DNA from: Acidimicrobiales bacterium
GTDB taxonomy: Bacteria > Actinomycetota > Acidimicrobiia > Acidimicrobiales > Bog-793
Assembly: GCA_052146595.1 (NCBI GenBank)
Contig: JBKQMT010000030.1
Span: forward strand, 11,687-75,686
DNA length: 64,000 bases
Direction of reading: 5' to 3'
The position numbers were made by a program, and so were the translations under genes. Every line of letters begins with the position of its first letter. The first letter of the stretch is position 1. Positions 9,531 through 17,533 of the stretch are shown in pieces. The notes under the pieces were generated by a model that searched no databases, had not been told where the DNA came from, and saw only the letters and a list, made by a program, of their open reading frames with translations.

Positions 9531-12125
9531 ATGGACAGCGACGTGCTGTGTCTCCAGGAGATCGACCAGACTCAGGTCGCGGTCGTTGGTGGCAAGGGAG
9601 CGCACCTTGGGGAGCTTTCGCGCATCGAAGGCATCTACGTGCCGGCTGGCTTCTGCGTGGCGACGGACGCCTTCCGGCGGATCATGGAGGACGCGCCGTC
9701 GATCGACGATCGGCTCGATCGGTTGTCGCGCCTTAACCCAGACGACCGGGAGGCGATCCGCACGCTCAGCGCGGAGATCCGACGGACCCTCGAAGGGATC
9801 GTCATCCCTGACGATCTGGCGGCGGCGATCACCCGCGCACTCGCCCGGCTCGGCGCGCGAGCAGCCTGCGCCGTCCGATCGAGCACGACGGCGGAGGACT
9901 TGCCGGAGGCCTCCTTCGCAGGCCAGCAGGACACGTACCTAAACGTCGTGGGACCGGCGGCGATCCTCCAGCACGTCAGCCGGTGCTGGGCATCGCTGTT
10001 CACGGAGCGGGCCGTTACCTACCGCCTGCGGAACGGGTTCGACCACAGGAAGGTCCACATGGCCGTGGTCGTGCAGCAGATGGTGTTCCCACAGGCGGCC
10101 GGCGTACTCTTCACGGCCGACCCCGTCACGTCTAACCGGAAGGTCGCCTGCGTGGAGGCCACCTTCGGCCTCGGCGAGGCGCTGGTCTCCGGCCTGGTGA
10201 ACGCGGACGTCTACAAGGTGCGGGACGGCCAAGTCGTATCCAAGGTAGTCGGGAGCAAGCGGCTGTCCATCCACGCCTTGCCGGCTGGCGGAACAGAGAG
10301 GGAGCCGATCGAGCCGGAGCGGCAGGAGCAGCCGGCGTTGTCAGACGCGCAGGTCGTGCGGCTCACGCAGCTCGGCCGGCAGATCGAGGAGCACTTCGGC
10401 CACCCCCAGGACATCGAATGGTGCCTGGTCGACGACGGCTTTCAGATCGTCCAGAGCCGGCCGATCACCACGCTGTTCCCCATCCCCGCGGTCAGCGACC
10501 GAGAGAACCACGTCTACGTCTCCGTCGGTCATCAGCAGATGATGACCGACCCCATGAAGCCCCTGGGGCTCTCCCTGTGGCAGCTGACGGCCCTCCGGCC
10601 GATGTACGAGGCCGGCGGGAGGCTGTTCGTCGACGTCGCCCAGGATCTGGCTTCGCCAGCGAGCCGCGCCGGCCTCCTGGAGGTCCTGGGAAAGTCCGAT
10701 CCGCTGATCAGGGACGCCCTGCAGACCGTTCTCGATCGCGGCGACTTCATCCCGTCGCTCCCGGGCGAGGATCCAGACGAGCCGCCGGCTGGTGGCGCCG
10801 CAACCCCGATCGAACTCGATCCGACCGTCGTCACCGAACTGATCGGGCGCAGCGAGGGGTCCATTGCCGCCTTGAAACGCGACATCAGGACCAAGTCCGG
10901 AGCGGCGCTGTTCGACTTCATCCTGGCCGACATCCAGGAGCTGAAGCGGATCCTGTTCGATCCGCAGAGCCATCGGGTGTTCATTTCGGCGATGGAGGCG
11001 ACGTGGTGGCTCAACGAGCAGCTGCAGGCGTGGCTGGGCGAGAACAACGCCGCCGACACGCTCACGCAGTCCATCCCGCAGAACGTCACGTCGGAGATGG
11101 GTCTGGCGCTCCTGGACGTCGCGGACGTGATCCGCCCGCATCCGGAGGTGGTGGCTTTTCTGCAACACGTCGAGGACGAGGGCTTCCTCGACGAGATGGC
11201 GAAGCTTGCGGGCGGACGGGAAGCGCGGGACGCCATCTGGGCCTTCCTCGACAGGTACGGCATGCGTTGCGTCGGAGAGATCGACATCACGAGGCCGCGT
11301 TGGAGCGAACGCCCCATCACGCTCGTGCCCGTGATCCTCGGCAACGTCAGGAACTTCGCGCCGGGAGCCGCCGAGAGGCGCTTCGAGCAAGGGAGGCAGG
11401 AGGCGTGGAAGAAGGAACAGGAACTGCTGGAGCGCTTGCGAGCCCTTCCGGACGGGGAGCGGAAGGCCGATGAAACCAAACGGATGATCGACCTTGTCAG
11501 GACCTTCATCGGGTACCGGGAGTATCCGAAGTACGGCATGGTCAGCCGTTACTTCGTTTACAAGCAGGCCTTGCTGGAAGAGGCCGAGCGGCTCGTGGAG
11601 GCCGACGTGCTTTGTGAGAAGGAAGACATCTTCTTCCTGAGGTTCCAGGAACTTCAGGACGTCGTGCGCACGAACCAGGTGGATGACGAGCTCATCCACC
11701 AGCGAAAGGACGCGTTCAGGTCGTACCAAGGGCTCACGCCACCGCGGGTGCTCACGTCGGATGGCGAGGTCGTCGCCGGTGCGTACCGACGCGACGACTT
11801 GCCGACCGGTGCGCTGGTCGGCCTACCGGTTTCTGCCGGGATCGTCGAGGGGCGGGCGCGAGTCATCCTGGACATGGCGGAGGCCGACGTCGAACCGGGC
11901 GACATCCTGGTCACGGCTCACACGGACCCGAGCTGGTCGCCCCTGTTCGTCGCGATCACGGGCCTGGTGACGGAGGTCGGGGGCCTGATGACCCATGGCG
12001 CAGTGATCGCACGGGAGTACGGCTTGCCGGCCGTAGTGGGGGTGGAACATGCCACCCGGCTGATCCCGGATCGGCAGCGGATCCGCGTCAATGGAACGGC
12101 CGGGTACCTGGAGATCCTGCCCTAG
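9531..12125 (+). CDS. rph: Rifamycin-inactivating phosphotransferase (PEP-synthase-like)
   Basis: 864 aa. ATP-grasp N-terminus (VGGKGAHLGEL, SFAGQQDTYLN, PQDIEW); central RIF-binding domain (ENHVYVSVGHQQMMTDPMKPLGLS, YGMRCVGEIDITRPRW, GYREYPKY); C-terminal phospho-His swivel domain (THGAVIAREYG). Confidence 0.9.
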   Translation: MDSDVLCLQEIDQTQVAVVGGKGAHLGELSRIEGIYVPAGFCVATDAFRRIMEDAPSIDDRLDRLSRLNPDDREAIRTLSAEIRRTLEGIVIPDDLAAAITRALARLGARAACAVRSSTTAEDLPEASFAGQQDTYLNVVGPAAILQHVSRCWASLFTERAVTYRLRNGFDHRKVHMAVVVQQMVFPQAAGVLFTADPVTSNRKVACVEATFGLGEALVSGLVNADVYKVRDGQVVSKVVGSKRLSIHALPAGGTEREPIEPERQEQPALSDAQVVRLTQLGRQIEEHFGHPQDIEWCLVDDGFQIVQSRPITTLFPIPAVSDRENHVYVSVGHQQMMTDPMKPLGLSLWQLTALRPMYEAGGRLFVDVAQDLASPASRAGLLEVLGKSDPLIRDALQTVLDRGDFIPSLPGEDPDEPPAGGAATPIELDPTVVTELIGRSEGSIAALKRDIRTKSGAALFDFILADIQELKRILFDPQSHRVFISAMEATWWLNEQLQAWLGENNAADTLTQSIPQNVTSEMGLALLDVADVIRPHPEVVAFLQHVEDEGFLDEMAKLAGGREARDAIWAFLDRYGMRCVGEIDITRPRWSERPITLVPVILGNVRNFAPGAAERRFEQGRQEAWKKEQELLERLRALPDGERKADETKRMIDLVRTFIGYREYPKYGMVSRYFVYKQALLEEAERLVEADVLCEKEDIFFLRFQELQDVVRTNQVDDELIHQRKDAFRSYQGLTPPRVLTSDGEVVAGAYRRDDLPTGALVGLPVSAGIVEGRARVILDMAEADVEPGDILVTAHTDPSWSPLFVAITGLVTEVGGLMTHGAVIAREYGLPAVVGVEHATRLIPDRQRIRVNGTAGYLEILP

Positions 12126-12140
12126 CGGCGCACTTGAACT

Positions 12141-12364
12141 TCAGCTCGGCATGGTCGGCCGCAATCGCCGCAGTGCGATGCAGGTGTGTGGACGTGAAGA
12201 TCGATGGATCTCTGCCCAGTCGTCCACGTCGATCATGTCCTTCCTTCCTGACCGCGGATGCGGCCAGGGTTCGTGATCCAGCACGGAAAGTGGTGGATCA
12301 CCGGGAAGGGGGGTCAGTTGTCGCCCGCGGGCGACAAGGGGTCCGGATTCACCCGGCGCTGATA
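12141..12364 (-). mobile_element. IS21-family remnant: left end plus first codons of istA
   Basis: Minus strand TATCAGCGCCGGGTGAATCCGGACCCC...ACAACTGACCCCCC (repeated GACCCC sub-terminal motifs), RBS AGGAAGGAAGGA, then ATG at 12236 MIDVDDWAEIHR, which resembles the IstA N-terminus M(I/L)xVEDWAEIRR; the reading frame then degenerates. Confidence 0.7.
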
Positions 12365-12372
12365 CTTGCCAG

Positions 12373-12669
12373 CTAGGGAGCTTCGAACGATTCGGGAGCA
12401 ACGGCATGGACACGCACGAACCCGCAACTACCGCACTGCCACGCCACGGCACCTTCGCGAACGATCCTGATTCCTTGCATCTCTGTCGGGAACCTCAACA
12501 TGACATCCTCATCATCCCGGGGCCGGGCGTCGGCACCGAATTCAGCCACCATCAGCCCGATCAACCCGGTCATGGGAGTCCAGTCGTCGGTCCCGCAGAA
12601 GGGGCAGACGCTGTTGGTGACATGGTTTGCCACTGTTGAGTGCACCCGTTCAATCGCTTCGTCGTCCAT
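12373..12669 (-). CDS. Small putative zinc-ribbon protein
   Basis: 98 aa from ATG at 12669; CPFC and CGSC pairs. Confidence 0.65.
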   Translation of the reverse strand: MDDEAIERVHSTVANHVTNSVCPFCGTDDWTPMTGLIGLMVAEFGADARPRDDEDVMLRFPTEMQGIRIVREGAVAWQCGSCGFVRVHAVAPESFEAP

Positions 12670-12975
12670 CGCGCCAGTCTCGCCCGTCGGCTGTTGGCGC
12701 GCCAAAGCGGCTGGAGCTTCAGCACCTGACCCGTGCCTGGGCTTGCTTTCCCTCGCCACGAACCCAGGCACCGGTCGCGCTAAGTCTACGACCCGCTTCG
12801 CGCGAGTTGCGAGGGCTCAAGCTGAATGCGCCACAGTCCGATGAATATAGGTACACGACCCCCTGATGCCTTGCGAGGGAAGCTGGGAGCCGTGCACCTG
12901 CTTCAGTATCCCGCGGTCCTGACCGGGACGTAGGGCGGTCCTGCTCCCGGGCGCGCGCTGACGCCGCGGCCATCG

Positions 12976-13190
12976 GTGCCCGGTCGGCCGGTTCCCCTCC
13001 TTCCACCGGCCGACCGGGCACGAGGCGCGAAGCGGCCCGCCAACCCGAAAGCTGGCGGGCCACCCCCCTTAGCCGCAAAGATTACGTACACGTATCCATC
13101 AGGGCAAAAAAGGGGCGTCCTGAGCCGGGCATCGGCGAGACCCGACGGGCTGCACGAAGATGCCCCCCACCCGGTTCCGGGTGGGGGGCA
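12976..13190. repeat. Cluster of three inverted repeats
   Basis: Perfect 17-bp stem 12976-13021, 9-bp stem 13034-13061, perfect 14-bp stem 13161-13190 (the last probably terminates the 14636 gene). Confidence 0.8.
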
Positions 13191-13247
13191 AGCTTGCCGG
13201 CTGAACTCGTCGTGGGATGGGGGAGGTCCCACCCGACGAGTGCACGT

Positions 13248-14636
13248 TTAGCTAGTAGTGGTCGTCGTGGTCGTCGAAACGGGCTTCCCGAAGTGGATCC
13301 CGTGCATGCCCAGGGCGATGGCCTCTATGTCCTTGACATCCCGCTTGGCGATCCCGAGATCCCGTGAGACCTGGCCGAGCTGGTAGGTCCAGGTCTTGAT
13401 CTGGCTCTCGTTGCCGGGATAGCCCGCCGGGGTGAGGGCGAGGGCGTCAGCCGAGACGCCGTTGGTCAACGACGTGGCCGCTGTCACCTGGGATGTGATG
13501 TCGGCGAGCAAGGTCGAGGCGTGGGTCGAGCCGAGCTCGGTGACCAATGGCGCGAGCTCAGTCGCAAGGGCCGTGTAGCCGCCCTCGGTAACGGTGTCGT
13601 TGTCGGCGCCGATCACGAGGTTCACCTGGGCGGTGACCACCACGTAGACCCTTTCGTCCCCGATGACGGCCTTTCGCACTGTGTTGAGCTCAGCGAAGGT
13701 TGTCGCCGCGGCCGCGTTGGTGGCGTCGGTGGCGAGCGCCGTCTGCTCGTTCGTAATGATCGTGGACAGATCTGAACGGTCCGAGCTCGTGACGTTGGCG
13801 GCGTTGGCCACCTCGGTCCCGCGCAGGGCCAGCTGGACCTGCCGGGCGATGATCTGGTGCTCCAGCGCCAGCTGCTCTTGCTGGAACTTTGTGGTCGTCG
13901 TGGTCGACGAGGAAACGGGCTTCGGCACGGGGAGCCTGTGGATGCCCAGGGCGATGGCCTCTATGTCCTTGACATCGCTCTTGGCGATGCCGAGATCGCG
14001 TGAGACCTGGCCGAGCTGGTAGGTCCATGTCTTGATCTGGCTCTTGTTACCAGGATAGCCCGCCGGGGTGAGGGCGAGGGCGTCAGCCGAGACGCCGTTG
14101 GTCAACGACGTGGCCGCTGTCACCTGAGATGTGATGTCGGCGAGCAAGGTCGAGGCGTGGGTCGAGCCCAGCTCGGTGACCAATGGCCCAAGCTCAGTCA
14201 CGAGGGCCGTGTAGCCGCCCTCGGTAACGGTGTCGTTGTCGGCGGCGAGCACGAGGTTCACCTGGGCGGTGACCACCGCGTACACCCTTTCGTCCCCGAT
14301 GACGGCCTGGCGCACTGTGTTGAGCTCAGCGAACGTTGTCGCCGCGGCCGCGTTGGTGGCGTCGGTGCCGAGGGCGGTCTGCTCGTTCGTAATGATCGTG
14401 GACAGAGCTGAACGGTCCGAGGTGGTGACGTTGGCGGCGTTGGCAACCTCGGTCCCGAGCAGGACCAGTTGGACCTGCCGGGCGATGATCTGGTGCTCCA
14501 GCGTCAGCTGCGCTTGCTGGAACTTCGTGGTGCTTCTCGCTGGTTGGGACTGGGCCTGGGCCGAGGAAGCAAAGAGGAACATGCTCACCGCGGCGATCAG
14601 GGCAATGGCTGTTGCTTTGGTTGAGTGTCTGGTCAT
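13248..14636 (-). CDS. Secreted helical protein built from two near-identical 212-aa modules
   Basis: Signal peptide ...FLFASSAQA; KFQQxQLxLEHQIIARQVQL occurs twice, 636 bp apart; Thr-rich linker and tail. Confidence 0.85.
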   Translation of the reverse strand: MTRHSTKATAIALIAAVSMFLFASSAQAQSQPARSTTKFQQAQLTLEHQIIARQVQLVLLGTEVANAANVTTSDRSALSTIITNEQTALGTDATNAAAATTFAELNTVRQAVIGDERVYAVVTAQVNLVLAADNDTVTEGGYTALVTELGPLVTELGSTHASTLLADITSQVTAATSLTNGVSADALALTPAGYPGNKSQIKTWTYQLGQVSRDLGIAKSDVKDIEAIALGIHRLPVPKPVSSSTTTTTKFQQEQLALEHQIIARQVQLALRGTEVANAANVTSSDRSDLSTIITNEQTALATDATNAAAATTFAELNTVRKAVIGDERVYVVVTAQVNLVIGADNDTVTEGGYTALATELAPLVTELGSTHASTLLADITSQVTAATSLTNGVSADALALTPAGYPGNESQIKTWTYQLGQVSRDLGIAKRDVKDIEAIALGMHGIHFGKPVSTTTTTTTS

Positions 14637-14642
14637 GTCAGC

Positions 14643-14672
14643 AGCGTAACAGTTTCGCAATATAAATGTCAA
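14643..14672 (-). promoter_or_regulatory. SigA-type promoter, probably giving a leaderless mRNA
   Basis: TTGACA (14672-14667)-18 nt-TACGCT preceded by TGn; ATG 6 nt after the -10; no RBS. Confidence 0.65.
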
Positions 14673-15033
14673 GTTTGAAATATTCTCGTCACTCGATGGC
14701 AGTCACGTTGCGGCCGCGAAGTCGAGTGGGTGCGGCGTCGGTCGCCGCCGCTGAGCGGTGTGAGTCCCAGCCGGACGGCGACGCGCGGGAGGTCGACGGC
14801 TTCATCCGGCCAGGACGCAGACGCCCGCCGCCGCGGCGCTCAAGCGGAGGTGATGGGCACGTGCGTCTTGTGTCTCTGGCGGGACAGAACCGAGTGCTTG
14901 CCGGCGGCTTTTTCCGTCGAAGGCAGTGGCCCAGAAGCGCGTGCTTCCGGTCGCGACCGGTTGTGGACAGAATCCCCGGATCCCATGTGTAACAGGCTCG
15001 CCCTTTTCGAGGGCGGGTCCTGTGGCGAGAACG

Positions 15034-15051
15034 TAGGGGCTTTCGCCCCTA
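15034..15051. promoter_or_regulatory. DosR-like palindromic box
   Basis: TAGGGGC-TTTC-GCCCCTA, about 55 bp upstream of the 15106 CDS. Confidence 0.55.
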
Positions 15052-15105
15052 TCGGGGGGCAGGTCCGATCCGTACCCTGCAGCCAAGGAGTACGGGGGTT
15101 GAGCA

Positions 15106-15606
15106 ATGCGGTTTTTTCTTGAGGATTTTGCTGACGTCTCGCGTCCCTTCGAGGAGGTGCGGGGGCGTTTCATGGGTGACGGCAGCTGGTTCGCGCCCCT
15201 CGCCAGCGCGGCTGAGGAGGAGGGCGAGGCGCTGTATTTCCGCATCGGACCGTCGTGGGCGAGCGGACGAGCGGCCCGCAAAGTGCGGGTGACACTTGGT
15301 CCGCCTCATGATCGTGGAGACGCGCTCGTCATACCCCTCTCCTGGAGATCGAGCGAGCTGCCAGGGCTTTTTCCCGTGCTCGATGGTGACATGGAGCTCG
15401 CCCCACTCGACTCGGACCGATGCCGAGTCACCCTGTCTGCTTCTTACGTACCTCCCTTTGGCGAGCTCGGACGTCAGCTCGACCGGGCTCTGTTGCATCG
15501 CGTCGCCCGGTCGACTGCGCGTTCGTTTCTCGCCCGGGTAGTGGAGAGCCTTGAAAGAAACGGCTCGGTTCACGACTTGACAGCATCGGGCGAAAGTGGC
15601 GATTGA
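15106..15606 (+). CDS. SRPBCC/polyketide-cyclase-like hypothetical protein
   Basis: GLFPVLDGDMELAP...SYVPPFGELGRQLDRALLHRVA pattern typical of this actinobacterial family. Confidence 0.7.
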   Translation: MRFFLEDFADVSRPFEEVRGRFMGDGSWFAPLASAAEEEGEALYFRIGPSWASGRAARKVRVTLGPPHDRGDALVIPLSWRSSELPGLFPVLDGDMELAPLDSDRCRVTLSASYVPPFGELGRQLDRALLHRVARSTARSFLARVVESLERNGSVHDLTASGESGD

Positions 15607-15659
15607 GCGTCGGCGCCCGACCCGCCGTCGATCTGGCAACGCAACCGCCACCACGTATG

Positions 15660-15723
15660 AAGGGACTTTCGCCTCTATCCCATGCAGGCCTATGACCCCA
15701 TGGCGACGGGACTTTCGCCTCTA
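15660..15723. promoter_or_regulatory. Three tandem DosR-like boxes at 23-bp period
   Basis: AAGGGACTTTCGCCTCTA (15660), TGCAGGCCTATGACCCCA (15683), ACGGGACTTTCGCCTCTA (15706). Confidence 0.65.
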
Positions 15724-16056
15724 GCGCGCGCGTGCGCCAGGAGAGGGCTGCCGCCGCGGCCGGATCCCCGAGGTGCGCACGTCGTGGCGGCGCGAGTGGG
15801 CCGACTGGGATGACAACCAGGGCGAGGTCAGGTGAGCTCTCCGATCCGCCAGGGGGCAGACCCGCCTGGCAGCGACGTGGGAAACCGAAGGTAACAGGCG
15901 GCAGAACGTCCACGGATGGCATGCGTCCGGACGGTGGCGCGACCCGATCGTGAAAAATCTCCCGAGCGCAAAGTCAGGGGCAGGTTTGGAAGAGACACCG
16001 CAGTGACAGAAAAGCGAGAACCTCGAGGCCGCTTGCAAGCCCAACAGCAGCCAGAG

Positions 16057-16074
16057 TCGGGTCTTTCGGCCCTA
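16057..16074. promoter_or_regulatory. DosR-like box
   Basis: TCGGGTCTTTCGGCCCTA immediately upstream of the 16098 CDS. Confidence 0.55.
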
Positions 16075-16097
16075 TCGGTCTTTCATCTCCAACCGGA

Positions 16098-16709
16098 ATG
16101 CTTACTTGCATGGTCAACAAGCCCTTCCTGACAAGTAAGTTGCGAGCGCTCGCGGTTCTCACCGCCTTGGCGACCGTCGGCCTTTTCGCCAGTCCCGCCT
16201 TCCCGGCGGCAGCTGCGAGCGCCAAGACGCCAGCGAGAGCCGCTCTTACTGGCGCGGCGCTGACGAGCGCAGTCTCTTTTTCCGGCCAGTACTCCGGCAA
16301 GGCCTCACTGCTGATCGACAACAGCACGGTGACGATCTCATCGATCTCAGGCTCGGGGAAGAATTCTCTCTTCGGCGCCAGCAAGGCCAGCGGCAAGGGC
16401 TCGGCTCCGAAGAGCACCTCGTCGCTGTGTGACCCCTTCGGTGGGAAAGGCAGCATTACCGGCGGTGCGAACAAGATCACCTTCGTCGTCATCCAGTCCG
16501 GATCGCAACAAGGCTGTTCCAGCGGCGAGAGCGGCGCAGTGACGATCACCTTCCACGGCGTGGCCAAGGCCACCGGGGGGAGCGGCAAAGGCAACGGGGC
16601 CACCGGCAGCCTCAAGTTCAAGGGCACGCTCCATCTCGGCGGGACGAGCGGCACGCAGAGCGGCGCCTTCACGGTCAGCCTCAGCGGAAAGCTGACGGTA
16701 AAGAGCTAG
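16098..16709 (+). CDS. Secreted Gly/Ser/Thr-rich beta-strand hypothetical protein
   Basis: Signal peptide; one Cys pair; alternative start at ATG 16110. Confidence 0.75.
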   Translation: MLTCMVNKPFLTSKLRALAVLTALATVGLFASPAFPAAAASAKTPARAALTGAALTSAVSFSGQYSGKASLLIDNSTVTISSISGSGKNSLFGASKASGKGSAPKSTSSLCDPFGGKGSITGGANKITFVVIQSGSQQGCSSGESGAVTITFHGVAKATGGSGKGNGATGSLKFKGTLHLGGTSGTQSGAFTVSLSGKLTVKS

Positions 16710-16747
16710 TGAACTCAGAAGCCAGACAAGAGAAGAGGAGTATCGGC

Positions 16748-17353
16748 ATGACAAAGTTCAGGACCAGGATCGCCGTGGGGTTGGTGGGGGCCATAGGCGT
16801 GGCCGCGATGGCAACCGCCATCGCGAGCGCGGGAGCGTCCACGGGTCACGCAGCGGCAAGTACTACCACGACATCGACGACTCTGGCCCCGCCGGTCCAG
16901 GGGGATGGTGGGCAGCACGTGTTCTTCTCCGTGGACACGGTCCAAGGTGCGGGCGGGAAAGTGAAGCTGCCGGCCGACGCTGGCTGCTCGATGACGAACC
17001 TGTTCCAACGGGGGGAAGTTGTCGTCTTCCGCATGTGGGGCGTCCACGTGACCACCGGTGGGAACGACCTCACCAACGTCACGGTGAAGCAGGCCTGGGT
17101 GAAAGTCCCGGGTTTGGCGGCCATACCGTTGGTGTACGGCACGCACCCGACAAAGCCGGCCGTGTCGTACTGGACGGCCGCTTGGCCGGTGGGGGCGAGC
17201 TATCCCCTCGGGGTCGTGAACTACTCCGTCACGGTCGTCACCAACCCGGTTCCAGCAGGGCTGACGGCGGCGGTCCCGTCTGAGAAGGGCGTCTTTACCC
17301 AGCAGGACTCGCCACAAGTGGCGTCGATGCTCACGATCGAGCCCAGCTCGTAG
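16748..17353 (+). CDS. Secreted hypothetical protein
   Basis: RBS GAGGAG then ATG; signal peptide; Thr linker; domain VDTVQG...CSMTNLFQRGEVVVFRMW...YGTHP...YWTAAW. Confidence 0.8.
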   Translation: MTKFRTRIAVGLVGAIGVAAMATAIASAGASTGHAAASTTTTSTTLAPPVQGDGGQHVFFSVDTVQGAGGKVKLPADAGCSMTNLFQRGEVVVFRMWGVHVTTGGNDLTNVTVKQAWVKVPGLAAIPLVYGTHPTKPAVSYWTAAWPVGASYPLGVVNYSVTVVTNPVPAGLTAAVPSEKGVFTQQDSPQVASMLTIEPSS

Positions 17354-17377
17354 ATCGAGCAGTCGAACGAGCCTCCA

Positions 17378-17427
17378 GAGAAAGGTCGCCCGTCGCACGG
17401 CCCGGCCGGCGGGGGGCGACCTTTCTC
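17378..17427. terminator. Intergenic hairpin
   Basis: GAGAAAGGTCGCCC...GGGCGACCTTTCTC, 14-bp stem. Confidence 0.55.
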
Positions 17428-17533
17428 GCAAGACAAGACCACCCCGCTAGACAACGACCAAGACACAGGCGGCTGACACAAGCCGTCCCCAGCGAAGAAC
17501 CATCACAAAATGACTACCAGGAGGGGGAAACCC

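Noticed and set aside
9531-12125. Annotation as ordinary PEP synthase (ppsA)
   Set aside because: The His domain is C-terminal and there is no pyruvate-binding TIM barrel; the architecture matches RPH.
15958-15995. TCTCCCGAGC...TTTGGAAGAGA resembling the ends of a Moco RNA motif
   Set aside because: Far too short and lacks the internal stems; needs an Rfam scan.
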